From NCBI GenBank assembly GCA_031425255.1, contig JANPIY010000208.1, positions 6,955-70,954 of the forward strand: DNA of 64,000 nucleotides. Direction: 5' to 3'. The first letter of the stretch is position 1; every line of letters starts with the position of its first letter. This document shows, piece after piece, positions 26,730 to 36,589 of this stretch. Both the position numbers and the translations under genes were made by a program. The notes below the pieces were generated by a model. The model made no database searches. It was not told the DNA's origin and saw nothing but the letters and a program-made list of their open reading frames with translations. This stretch comes from Planctomycetota bacterium (GTDB lineage Bacteria; Planctomycetota; UBA11346).

Positions 26730-28436
26730 TCACCCTTCGGCCGCCTGCGCCTCGCCCTCGGCGTCGCCCTTGGTCTTGTGCTTGTAGGCCGCGCCCAGGA
26801 AACCTCGGAACAGGGGATGGGGCTGGACCGGGCTCGACTTGAACTCCGGATGGGCCTGGGTGGCGAGGAAGAAGGGATGGTTCTTCAGCTCGATGATCTC
26901 CACCAGCGACGCCTCCGGCCGGCTGGGATCGGGGATGTAGAGCCCGGTGAACTGCATGCCCGCGGCCTCAAACTGCGCGCGGTAGGCGTTGTTGAACTCG
27001 TAGCGGTGACGATGGCGTTCCTGCACCACCTCGGCGCCGCCGTAGAGCTTGGTGGTGCGGCTGCTCTTCTTCGGCAGCGTGCACGGGTAGGTGCCCAGGC
27101 GCATGGTGCCGCCCAGGTTGCCGGCGGCGACGATGTCCTTCTGCGACTCCATCACCACGATCAGCGGGTCGGGCGTCTTCTCGTTCATCTCGGTGGAGTT
27201 GGCCTCCGGCAGGTCGAGGACATTGCGTGCGAATTCGATGCATGCGGCCTGCATGCCCAGGCACAGCCCCAGGTAGGGCAGACCGGTCTCACGCGCGAAG
27301 CGGATGGCGCGCAGCTTGCCCTCGAAGCCGCGTTTGCCGAAGCCGCCGGGGACGAGGATGCCGTCGATGCCCTTGAACTTGTCCTGCCAGTGCTCGTCCT
27401 TCTCCAGCGATTCGGATTCGATGCGTACGATGTTGGCTTTGAGCAGGTGGCTATAGGCCGCGTGATCGACCGATTCGGTCACCGATTTGTAGGCGTCCTG
27501 ATGGTCGATGTACTTGCCGACCATGGCGATGGTGACGGTGTCCTTGGGTTTCCTGATGTGGTTCACCATCAGATCCCAGGCCTTCATGTCGCAGTCGCGC
27601 ACGGCCAGCCCCAGACGCTTGCACACCAGGTTATGCACCTGCTGCTTCTCGAGCACCTGCGGCACCTCGTAGATGGTGCTGGGCACGTCCGGCAGGTCGA
27701 TGACCTTGTCCTGGTCGACATTGCAGAACAGCGACAGCTTCTCCTTCACGCTCTTCGACAGCGACTTCTCGGCCCGGCACATCAGGAAGTCGGGGACGAT
27801 GCCGATCTCGCGCAACTTCTGCACGCTGTGCTGCGCCGGCTTGGTCTTGATCTCGCCCGCGGCCTTGATGAAGGGGATGTAGACCAGGTGGATGAAGACC
27901 ACGTTGTCGCGACCGACCTCGTGGCGCATCTGGCGCACCGCCTCCATGAACGGCAGGCCTTCGATGTCGCCGACGGTGCCGCCGACCTCGCTGATGACCA
28001 CGTCGATGTCGGGTCCGGCCAGCGAACGGATGGTGCTCTTGATCTCGTCGGTGACGTGCGGAACCACCTGGACGGTGCCGCCGTTGTATTTTCCGGCGCG
28101 CTCCTTGTGGATCACCGACTGGTAGATCCTGCCGCTGGTGACGGTCGAGTTCTTCGAACACGGCACACTGAGGAAGCGTTCGTAGTGCCCGAGATCGAGG
28201 TCGGTCTCGGCGCCATCATCGGTGACGTAGACCTCGCCGTGCTGGAAGGGGTTCATCGTCCCGGGGTCGACGTTGAGATAGGGATCGAGCTTCTGGATGC
28301 GCACCCGGTAGCCCATGTTGATCAGCAGACGTCCGAGCGAGGCCGCGGCGATGCCCTTGCCGAGCGAGCTGACCACGCCGCCGGTGATGAAGATGTGGCG
28401 GGTGGGACCGTCGCGTTTGGGCGTCGAGTTAGACAT
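26730..28436 (-). CDS. pyrG: CTP synthase
   Basis: Start MSNSTPKRDGPTRHIFITGGVVSSLGKGI. GATase part 'PYLGLCLGMQ' and 'HRHRYEFN'. ORF 26730..28883 trimmed to the ATG at 28436. Confidence 0.97.
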   Translation of the reverse strand: MSNSTPKRDGPTRHIFITGGVVSSLGKGIAAASLGRLLINMGYRVRIQKLDPYLNVDPGTMNPFQHGEVYVTDDGAETDLDLGHYERFLSVPCSKNSTVTSGRIYQSVIHKERAGKYNGGTVQVVPHVTDEIKSTIRSLAGPDIDVVISEVGGTVGDIEGLPFMEAVRQMRHEVGRDNVVFIHLVYIPFIKAAGEIKTKPAQHSVQKLREIGIVPDFLMCRAEKSLSKSVKEKLSLFCNVDQDKVIDLPDVPSTIYEVPQVLEKQQVHNLVCKRLGLAVRDCDMKAWDLMVNHIRKPKDTVTIAMVGKYIDHQDAYKSVTESVDHAAYSHLLKANIVRIESESLEKDEHWQDKFKGIDGILVPGGFGKRGFEGKLRAIRFARETGLPYLGLCLGMQAACIEFARNVLDLPEANSTEMNEKTPDPLIVVMESQKDIVAAGNLGGTMRLGTYPCTLPKKSSRTTKLYGGAEVVQERHRHRYEFNNAYRAQFEAAGMQFTGLYIPDPSRPEASLVEIIELKNHPFFLATQAHPEFKSSPVQPHPLFRGFLGAAYKHKTKGDAEGEAQAAEG

Positions 28437-29172
28437 GGAATGCTCCGATGGAGGGGTGCCAGCGCCCAAGAAAAGCGTCATAGTCTGAGCGCACGTCGAT
28501 GCCGGGCATGGCCTGGGCGACCACGCCGCAGGCGATACCGATGCCGGCCTCGAGCGCGCGCAGCTGTTCGAGTTTCTCCACCTGTTCCAGCCGGCTGGTC
28601 GGCAGGCGGCCGTAACCGAGCAGCACCTCGCGCCGGTAGGCATAGATGCCCAGGTGGCGATGGCAGGCCGCCGCCGGCGCACCGGCATCGCGATCGAAGA
28701 CCGCCGGACTGCGGGTGAACCACAGCGCCCGGTCGCCATGACCCAGGACCACTTTGACCTGGTTGGGGTTACGCTGCTCGGCTTCCCCGCCCGCGACGCA
28801 CAGCGTCGCCATGCCGGCCCACGGGTGGCGCTCGAGCAGGGCGGCCACCAGACGGATGTGCTCGGGATCCATCTCCGGTTCATCGCCCTGGACGTTGACC
28901 ACGATGGCGTCGCTGCGGGCGGCGGCGACCTCGGCGATGCGATCGGTGCCGGACGGGTGATCGACGCGCGTCATCACCGCATCGACTCCGGCGGCACGGG
29001 CGGCGGCGACCAGCGTCTGATCATCGGCGCACACCGTCACCGCCTGCGGCCCGAAGGCCAAGGCCGCCCGCGTGCAGGCGTGGGCGAGCAACGGCCGGCC
29101 GCTTTCAGCCAACAACAGCTTCTCCGGCAACCGGGTGGAGGCCCGCCGGGCGGGGATGAGGACGAGGGTCAT
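28429..29172 (-). CDS. kdsB: 3-deoxy-manno-octulosonate cytidylyltransferase (CMP-Kdo synthetase)
   Basis: MTLVLIPARRASTRLPEKLL, HPSGTDRIAEV, VNVQGDEPEM, EQLRALE. Its 3' end overlaps the pyrG start by 8 nt. Confidence 0.92.
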   Translation of the reverse strand: MTLVLIPARRASTRLPEKLLLAESGRPLLAHACTRAALAFGPQAVTVCADDQTLVAAARAAGVDAVMTRVDHPSGTDRIAEVAAARSDAIVVNVQGDEPEMDPEHIRLVAALLERHPWAGMATLCVAGGEAEQRNPNQVKVVLGHGDRALWFTRSPAVFDRDAGAPAAACHRHLGIYAYRREVLLGYGRLPTSRLEQVEKLEQLRALEAGIGIACGVVAQAMPGIDVRSDYDAFLGRWHPSIGAFHV

Positions 29173-29512
29173 GAATGGACTCCTGGCGTAGCGCGACGCC
29201 AGCCCCACCAGCCACAAAGCGCTCGGCGGCTCCCGACAGCGGAAGCTTGAGGCGATGGACTCAACATGAGCGGATCTTGGATGAGTGCTGCTGGGCGCAC
29301 CGGCTACTCCAAGGCGGGACACCGTAGGGTGGGCACGGGCTAGTCAATGCTTGGTGATACGGCCGGCGAAACCGCAAATTTCGTGGGAAATCGCCGCATT
29401 CCAGCCGCCTCAAGGTGTCATCGCCCGAGCTTGCGATGCACCCCCGGCCGCCGTGCGGGGACCACCGCCCGCACCCGTCGCGCACCCGCGCGGGCTTGTT
29501 AGCGTGCGCGCC

Positions 29513-31234
29513 ATGAAACCCGCCCTGCTCCTGCTGCTGTCTTTTGCCGCCATCCTGGTCGCGCCTGCCGCCGAGGTGGAGACGCCCGCCGCGACCACCC
29601 GGGCGGCACCCGGGCTGCGCGAAGGCACGCTGGTGCTGACGCTCTCCGGGTCCCTGCCGCTGCGCCCAGGGGGTGGGTTCCTGTTCGGCGACAGCGGTAT
29701 GAGCCTGCATGACGCCACCAGCTACCTGAAGCGCGCCCTGGCTGAACCCGAGCGGCGGGTGGTGCTCGATTGTTCCATCGAGTTCCACCCCGGCCTGGCC
29801 GCGGCCGAGGAACTGGCCGCCGTGCTGCGCGCGCGCCCAGCGGGCAAGTCCGTCGCCTGCCTGATCGACAACGCCTCCGACGCGGTGATGGCGATGGCCG
29901 CGGCCTGCGACGAGGTCGTGATGGTCGAGGCCGGCATGCTCAATGTCGACGGCCTGGCGCTGTCGACCGACTACTATGGCGACGCCCTCAACCTGCTGGG
30001 CATCAAATTCCACGCCGTCACCAGCGGCGCCGCTAAGACCGCGCCCGAACCCTTCACCAGCAGCCGCCCGAGCGCCACCGCCATCGCCGAGCACCGGCGA
30101 TTGGTCGACGCCTTGGACCAGGCCTCGCGTGCTCTGATGGTCCGCCCCGATCTCAGCCCCGAGGCGATCACGGCGGCCTACGCCCAGGCACCCCAGACCT
30201 CGGCGATGGCCAAGCGGTTGGGGCTGGTCACCGCGGTGGCGGAACCCGGCACCTGGCTGCGCGATCAGCCGGCGCCGGTGAGACATCTGAAGACCACCAA
30301 GGCCCTGCCGGATCTCTCCACCATCGGTGGCCTGGCGGCGTTCCTCAGCGAGGTGATGAATGGTGAGACCCGTACGCGGCCGGCACGGGCGGTGGCGGTG
30401 GTCGAACTCGAAGGGTCGATCATCGACGGCGATGTCTCGATGCCCGGGTATACCATCGCCGGCAATGACACCGCCCGCCTGTTCGACCGCCTGGTGAACG
30501 ACCAGTCGGTGGTGGCGGTGGTGGTGCGCATCAATTCCGGCGGCGGCAGCGCCGGCGCCAGCGACCGCATCTACCACGCATTGCGCCGCTTGGCGGTCGC
30601 CAAGCCGGTGATCGCGCTCTACGACGCGGTATGCGCCTCCGGCGGCTATTACATCGGCTGCGCCGCTCGCGAGATCCTGGTCCATCGCGGCACCATCACC
30701 GGTTCGATCGGCGTCTTCGCCATGGTTCCCGACCTGGAAGGCACACGCGCGCGGCTGGGGATCCATCGCCATACCATCACCACCGGTCCACGCGCCGGCC
30801 TGTTCTCCACCGATGCCTTCACGCCTGAGAAGGAAGCCGCCTTCCGCCAGGTGGTGCAGGATGTCGATCAGCGTTTCCAGGATGTGGTCGCCGAGTGCCG
30901 ACGCCTCGACCCGGTCAAGGTCCAGGTCCTGGCCGGCGGGCGGGTGTTCAGCGGCGACGAGGCCATCGCCAACGGTCTGGCCGACCGCCTGGGTGACCTG
31001 CCGGCGGCGGTACTGCGAGCACGCGAGATGGCCGGCATCATGGACCCTTTGCCATTGGAGCGGCTCCCGGAGGCCGGCGGCCTCGCGGCCCGGCTCGGAC
31101 TCGGCGGCATCAGCAGTGGGCTCCTCCCAGCATTGGTCCAGGGCTTGCCGAAGGAGCTGCGCCTGTGGCTGCAAGCAGTGCAGAGCGGGCGCGTCCAGAT
31201 CATGACCTGGCAGCCTGCACTGCAGGTGGAGTAA
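29513..31234 (+). CDS. sppA: signal peptide peptidase SppA, two-domain (67K) type, S49 family
   Basis: Signal MKPALLLLLSFAAILVAPAAE, two S49 repeats, 'CASGGYYIGCAAREILVHRGTITGSIGV'. ORF trimmed to the ATG at 29513. Confidence 0.88.
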   Translation: MKPALLLLLSFAAILVAPAAEVETPAATTRAAPGLREGTLVLTLSGSLPLRPGGGFLFGDSGMSLHDATSYLKRALAEPERRVVLDCSIEFHPGLAAAEELAAVLRARPAGKSVACLIDNASDAVMAMAAACDEVVMVEAGMLNVDGLALSTDYYGDALNLLGIKFHAVTSGAAKTAPEPFTSSRPSATAIAEHRRLVDALDQASRALMVRPDLSPEAITAAYAQAPQTSAMAKRLGLVTAVAEPGTWLRDQPAPVRHLKTTKALPDLSTIGGLAAFLSEVMNGETRTRPARAVAVVELEGSIIDGDVSMPGYTIAGNDTARLFDRLVNDQSVVAVVVRINSGGGSAGASDRIYHALRRLAVAKPVIALYDAVCASGGYYIGCAAREILVHRGTITGSIGVFAMVPDLEGTRARLGIHRHTITTGPRAGLFSTDAFTPEKEAAFRQVVQDVDQRFQDVVAECRRLDPVKVQVLAGGRVFSGDEAIANGLADRLGDLPAAVLRAREMAGIMDPLPLERLPEAGGLAARLGLGGISSGLLPALVQGLPKELRLWLQAVQSGRVQIMTWQPALQVE

Positions 31235-31295
31235 GAGCTGGCTACATGATCCACCCCGTTTGTAGCGGAGGCGTGCGCGGGTGGAGGAGCCTGTT

Positions 31296-31388
31296 CACTG
31301 CAAAGCCGCCAAGGGCGCAAAGGAGAACGGAGAATCCCGAATGCTCGCCTCTGCGTTTGGGATCACTGCCTTCGCGCCTTTGCGGTGG
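31296..31388. repeat. REP-like imperfect palindromic element
   Basis: CACTGCAAAGCCGCCAAGGGCGCAAAGG ... CACTGCCTTCGCGCCTTTGCGGTGG pair imperfectly with bulges. It shares GGAGAAT and GCGC(C)GAAGGC blocks with the element at 58601..58723. Confidence 0.45.
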
Positions 31389-31683
31389 ATCCCCTCCCCG
31401 TGAGCGCCCTCTGCGGTTTGACCGCCCTCCCCGAACGATGACCGGATGAGACCGCGCGAGTCCGAATGGAGCCGTCGCCGTCGACCGACAGGATCAGTGC
31501 AACGGTCAGCCACCCCTCCGCAGTCATCCGAATCGGCGGGCGCACCGTGAGAGTATGTTACACCGCCCATGGGCCACCGGGTGGTTGTGGACGCGGGCAG
31601 CAGGGTGGTGGTTATGGTCCAGCCCCCCGGACGCTGCCCGAACCATGGCTGCTGACCGGCGTTCGCCCCCGTGAGGATCCGCC

Positions 31684-34600
31684 ATGCTCAAATACCTCTC
31701 GCCGACCTTGTTCTCCCTGGTCCTCGGTGCCGGCGGAATGGCGCCGCTGTTCGCCGCCAGCGCCGATGAGCGCGACCAGCACGCCATCGCGCTGACCAAG
31801 CTGATGACCAGCAAGCTGCGCCTGCCCGCTGATCGCCAGCTCAAGGAATTCAAAGAGGCCGGTTACCCGGCCAGCGACCCCTATCTCGACAAGGTCCTGC
31901 GTTACACCTACCTCGACCAGTTCATCGCCGATCTCGCGGAAGCTGACAAGGCCAAGCATGAAGCCGAGCTGAAGGCCCTGCGCGCCGAACTCGAGCCCGC
32001 CCTCAAAGGCAACAAGCTTTCCGGAATCGCCAAGCAGATCTTCTCCGGCGGCGGCGGCAGTTCGACGCGCATGGTCAATGAGATCCGCCGCATCATGCAC
32101 ACCGACTCGCCACCCCCGCTGGTGCCGTTGGCGACGGAGAAGACCCAGATCCTGGCGCGTCTGCTCGATACCCTGGGCAAACAGGCGGAGGAGGATTTCA
32201 AGGCCGGCATCGAGAAGGTGAAGGCCAACAAGGCTGCCGACGACAAGATCTGGGATCTCCCGGAAGGTGGCAAGGAATTCCAGGCGGCGGTCAATCAGGC
32301 CGTCGAGATCCGCCTCGAAGCGTTGCGCCCGCTGTTCACCGCCATGATCGCGTTGCGCGATGGCGCCAATCGCGGCCAGGACTTCGGCATCGATACCGCA
32401 CCGGTCAAAGCCCAACTCAAGCAGATGTTCACCACGGAACGGCCGGAGCTCGAAAAGAAGACCTGGGCCGAACTGCTGAACACCTGGGATTTCGAATGGG
32501 GTGAATTCAACCCCTTCATCCGCCTGAACTGCGGCACGCTGCTCGGTGATGCGGCGCTCGCGGGATCCAAAACCGCCAAAGATGACGAGGTCGAAGGCAT
32601 CCTCCAGGCGGTGGCCGATTTCAACGTCAAGGAACTGAAGGACGCCGGCACCAAGATCGAGGCCTACCGCCTCAAGCTCAACGCCTGGGACAGCCTGCTG
32701 CGTTATCGCCTGACGGTGGGCACCACGCGCTCATTCAATCGCGGCACGACGCTGTGGCAGGATTTCCTCAATCGAGCCAAGCTCGAGGACCAGATGCGCC
32801 TGACCCAGGCGTCGCCTCGCCTGGCGGCGGAGCTCGGCCGGCTCTACATCGTCGCCGCCCGCCTGCTGCAGGCCAAGGGCGACAGCAACGGCGCCAGCGG
32901 TCTGCTGGCTGAACTCTCCGGTGCGAAGTCGAATCCCTACAGCCACTACGCCAAAACCTGGATGGCGGCCATGGGCACCGTCAAGAGCGGCAACGGCTGG
33001 TCCGAGCGGCCGCTGGCGATGGATCCTGAGAAATCCATCCTCATCGCGCGCGCCTTCATGAACGAGGCCAACGCCACCGCCGACCCCATCACTGCCCGCT
33101 CCAACTACCTGAATGCGGCCGTCGCCATGCGCAACGGCGTGCTCGGCCTCAACAGCGGCCTGGTCGACGAAAAAGGCTACGTCGAGTTCGCACCGCAGGT
33201 CTACCAGCTCTACGCCTACTCGCTCTACAAGATGGAGCTGCGCCACCAGGCGGTGGTCGCAGCGCAGGACGGCGCGCGGGCGCTCGCGGCCAAGATCAAA
33301 TGGTACGCCGACCAGAAGAAGCCCAATCCCTGGCAGAAGATCAATGCCGAGGGCAAGGCCGTCTGGGACGAAACGCGCCTGACGCCCCTGCGGGTGGGCA
33401 ACGACGGCATGAGCTACGCCAACCAGCTCAAATCCCGTGATCCCAACACCCAGTCGCTCTACGGCCAGGCGATCGAACTGCTCAAAGCCATCGACCCCGA
33501 GGCCGTCGGCGAAAATCTGCTCCGCCTGCAGATGTTCAGCAAACTGCAGGAAGGCGATTATGAGGGCGTCCTGCGTGAAGCGGATGCGTTCCTGAAGGAA
33601 TACCCCGCCAGTTACCTGTGGGTCTTCACCATCAAGAATTCGGCCATCACCCAGTGGATGGACAAGCTCGGCAAGGGCGGCGACAAGGTCAAGATCGAGC
33701 AGCTCTCCGCCCAGTTGCTCAAGGACAACCAGGCGATGGGCAAACGCATCGAGGAGGAACTCGCCAAGCCCGGCGTGACCGACGCCCGCCGTCAGGAACT
33801 CGACAAAGCGCGCACCACCATCAAGAGCAGCGAGGTCGAGAACCTCATCGCCAACGGCAAATTCGAGGACGTCATCAAGCGCATCGACGCCGATGCGGTG
33901 AAGAACCTTCCCAGCGAGGACACCCTCGCCGCGCGCATGTTGCGCCAACTGGCCAAGGCGACGCTCGAGTGGCATGAATCGCGCAGCAAGGAGATCCTGG
34001 CCAAGGATCCCGCGGCCCTGCTCGCGGCCCTCAAGACCTATGAGACGGTGTACCACAATCTCGAGCGTGGAGTGCGCAAGCTGCGCAATCGCAACGTCGA
34101 CGCCACCCTTGATGCCGCCTGCCAGATGCTGGCGATCGTCTTCAACCGCTCGGTGACGATGATCGCGCGGCTGCAACAGGCCGGCAACGCCAGCCCTGAA
34201 TTGCTGGCCATGGCCGAGGTCGCCAACCGCGCCTTCGCTGACCTCTACGAACCGACGATCGACGACAAGACTCCGCCCGCGAACATCCTGTTCATCGCCC
34301 GCACCCTCTGGGACGTCGATGAGAAGCCACGCGCGGCCAAGCAGTTCGCCCGCTTCATCAGCCTGAATGACAAGGATCCCGACCTCACCGCCTTCCGCGC
34401 CGACGCCAAGGGCTTCGCCGAGAAGTACAGTGCGGTCGTCACCGCCCGCGGCGAGTTCCGCAAAGCGTGGGAGGAGATCGTCGACCTGTCGTGGGACTCA
34501 CCCGAGGACAAGCAGGCCTACGAGAACCTGCCCAGGGACAATTGGCCGACGCGTCAACGCGCCAACTATGGCAAGACCCTGGAGAAGATCGGCGACTTCC

Positions 34601-35487
34601 GCAAATTGATGGCGACCAACAAGGCGGTGGTCGCGCCGGCGCAATTCAAGCAGATCGAGGAGGCGGTCGACGCCTTCACCCGCGTGATCACGGCGATGTC
34701 CAACCAGAACACCGCGATCAGCCGCCTGGCGACCTACTACCGCGAAAGCGATCAGTTCGAAAAAGCCCTGCCGCTGCTCGACTACCTCTACAAGCAGGAT
34801 CCGCTCGATCCCAGCAACCAGATGGCGCTGGTGCTGGTGACCTACAACGCGGCACTCAAGGGCAATCCGATGCCGCCGAAGGATGAGCTCGATAAAGCCC
34901 GGCGGGTGGCTGCTGGAATCCGCGATCTCACCGCGGGAACGCCGAACAAGATCGGCTATTGGGAGGCCTACACCCTGGTGATGGAGTTCTCCATCATGCT
35001 CGCCGAGCCCAAGGTGGTGAACGACACCCTGTCGTTCATGCGCCGCAACCGCAGCGACCTGTCGCGCGATCTCATCGCCCCACCCAAATGGGGTGACGAC
35101 AAACGGGCGCGCCGGCCGATGAATGCCCTGTCCGTCCAGCTCGCCAAACGCTTCCTCGGTCTCTACGAGAAGCAGGGCGTCACCGAAAAGCCCGCCTTCA
35201 AGGTGGCGGACGTCGCCGTGAATGGCGAAGCGACGGCGGTGTTCTGCGACATCGATGCTCCCGCCTTCATCGCCAAGCCGATGACCACCCCCGATGACGA
35301 CGAGGTGGTGTCGATCATCGCCGGTGACGGCAGCACCCCGGCACCGGTCAAATCCGCGCCGCCCAGGCCGATTGAATCACGCGAGGAACCCGAAGCGCCC
35401 AAACCCGCCGGCGCAACACCCGCGACGCCCGCCGGCACGACGCCCGCCCCCGCTGCCCCGGCTGCAGCCACCCCGACCGCACCGTGA
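31684..35487 (+). CDS. large secreted alpha-helical repeat protein (1267 aa) with a Pro/Ala/Thr-rich C-terminal tail
   Basis: GAGGA SD 6 nt before the ATG. Signal-like N-terminus MLKYLSPTLFSLVLGAGGMAPLFAASA. Helical TPR-like composition throughout. The tail is ...PAGATPATPAGTTPAPAAPAAATPTAP. Confidence 0.85.
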   Translation: MLKYLSPTLFSLVLGAGGMAPLFAASADERDQHAIALTKLMTSKLRLPADRQLKEFKEAGYPASDPYLDKVLRYTYLDQFIADLAEADKAKHEAELKALRAELEPALKGNKLSGIAKQIFSGGGGSSTRMVNEIRRIMHTDSPPPLVPLATEKTQILARLLDTLGKQAEEDFKAGIEKVKANKAADDKIWDLPEGGKEFQAAVNQAVEIRLEALRPLFTAMIALRDGANRGQDFGIDTAPVKAQLKQMFTTERPELEKKTWAELLNTWDFEWGEFNPFIRLNCGTLLGDAALAGSKTAKDDEVEGILQAVADFNVKELKDAGTKIEAYRLKLNAWDSLLRYRLTVGTTRSFNRGTTLWQDFLNRAKLEDQMRLTQASPRLAAELGRLYIVAARLLQAKGDSNGASGLLAELSGAKSNPYSHYAKTWMAAMGTVKSGNGWSERPLAMDPEKSILIARAFMNEANATADPITARSNYLNAAVAMRNGVLGLNSGLVDEKGYVEFAPQVYQLYAYSLYKMELRHQAVVAAQDGARALAAKIKWYADQKKPNPWQKINAEGKAVWDETRLTPLRVGNDGMSYANQLKSRDPNTQSLYGQAIELLKAIDPEAVGENLLRLQMFSKLQEGDYEGVLREADAFLKEYPASYLWVFTIKNSAITQWMDKLGKGGDKVKIEQLSAQLLKDNQAMGKRIEEELAKPGVTDARRQELDKARTTIKSSEVENLIANGKFEDVIKRIDADAVKNLPSEDTLAARMLRQLAKATLEWHESRSKEILAKDPAALLAALKTYETVYHNLERGVRKLRNRNVDATLDAACQMLAIVFNRSVTMIARLQQAGNASPELLAMAEVANRAFADLYEPTIDDKTPPANILFIARTLWDVDEKPRAAKQFARFISLNDKDPDLTAFRADAKGFAEKYSAVVTARGEFRKAWEEIVDLSWDSPEDKQAYENLPRDNWPTRQRANYGKTLEKIGDFRKLMATNKAVVAPAQFKQIEEAVDAFTRVITAMSNQNTAISRLATYYRESDQFEKALPLLDYLYKQDPLDPSNQMALVLVTYNAALKGNPMPPKDELDKARRVAAGIRDLTAGTPNKIGYWEAYTLVMEFSIMLAEPKVVNDTLSFMRRNRSDLSRDLIAPPKWGDDKRARRPMNALSVQLAKRFLGLYEKQGVTEKPAFKVADVAVNGEATAVFCDIDAPAFIAKPMTTPDDDEVVSIIAGDGSTPAPVKSAPPRPIESREEPEAPKPAGATPATPAGTTPAPAAPAAATPTAP

Positions 35488-35504
35488 AGACGAGGATCGC
35501 CCCC

Positions 35505-36548
35505 ATGAACACCCTCACCACCCGTGGCCGCATCATCACCCTGCTGGCCTTCGTCGCCGCCGCCCAGGCGGTGACCATGGAACCGGCGCCCGCCACGGTC
35601 TCGACGGTGGAGAAGCAGATCGAAAGCGCCTGGGTCGAAAGCGAAACCACCGAGGGGGTGGTGTTCTATCTCGGCGACTGGAAATCACCGAACCGTCTGG
35701 CGACCACGCGCAAGCCTGGGGCCTACCTCAAGGTCATCTATCTCGGCAACAACGACGTCAACGTCATGAAGGCGGACGTGCAGTACGCCAGCAGCGACTG
35801 GGACAAGGCCGCCGAGAGCTACAAGAAAGCCACCACCACCGCCAAGTGGAATTGGGAGGTTGAGCATTCCTACCGCCGTGCCGCCGAATGCCTGGCACGC
35901 GCCAACAAGGCCACTGATGCCATCGCCGTGCAAAAGGAATACCTCACCCGCTTCCCCAAGAATGTGCACATGGCCGAGGTGGTCTCGTTGCGCGCGCGCC
36001 TGGCCCTGGCGGCCGGCGACCACGTCAGCGCCTTGACGGATTACAAGGAGATGACCGCGCAGGGCGCCAAGTGGGGACCGACCGCCGAAGTCGAAGGCCA
36101 TCTCGGTCAGCGCAGCGTGTTGGTCGCGCAGAAGAAATTCGCCGATGCGGTCGCGCTGCTGACGCCGTATTGGGCCAAGCTCAAGCCGGACACCGATGCC
36201 GACGCTTTTGGCCAGGTCGCCCTGGCCGTCGCCAGCGACCTGGAGGCCGATGGCAAGACCGCGGAATGTATCGGCGCGCTGAAGAAGACCTATCTCGCGC
36301 CCATCACCAGCGAAGCGCAGGCGCGGGCGCGCCTGCACCACGCCCGTCTGCTGGCGAAACCCAACGATACCGACAACAATCTCGCCGCCTTCGACCAGGT
36401 CGCCATCGCCGCCCTGCTCGGCGGCGATGCCGAGACCCAGGCCGCCGCCACCAAGCTGGCGCGTGAACTGATCAGCCGTATCGACAAGGACGCCAAGCTG
36501 TCCGATGTCATCCACAAAGAATACCGCTCCTACCTTTCCAGCCTCTGA
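35505..36548 (+). CDS. secreted TPR-like protein (paralog of the next gene)
   Basis: GAGGA SD before the ATG at 35505. Signal MNTLTTRGRIITLLAFVAAAQA. N-terminal beta-rich module, then helical repeats. The alternative start GTG 35484 overlaps the upstream stop. Confidence 0.8.
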   Translation: MNTLTTRGRIITLLAFVAAAQAVTMEPAPATVSTVEKQIESAWVESETTEGVVFYLGDWKSPNRLATTRKPGAYLKVIYLGNNDVNVMKADVQYASSDWDKAAESYKKATTTAKWNWEVEHSYRRAAECLARANKATDAIAVQKEYLTRFPKNVHMAEVVSLRARLALAAGDHVSALTDYKEMTAQGAKWGPTAEVEGHLGQRSVLVAQKKFADAVALLTPYWAKLKPDTDADAFGQVALAVASDLEADGKTAECIGALKKTYLAPITSEAQARARLHHARLLAKPNDTDNNLAAFDQVAIAALLGGDAETQAAATKLARELISRIDKDAKLSDVIHKEYRSYLSSL

Positions 36549-36589
36549 GCCGGCTCCCGTCCCGCTTCTTTCGCGCCTCCGGAGACACC

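Noticed and set aside
26571-31174. Long ORFs 26571..28718 (+) and 29261..31174 (-)
   Set aside because: They are antisense to pyrG/kdsB and to sppA respectively. The sense frames carry canonical motifs.
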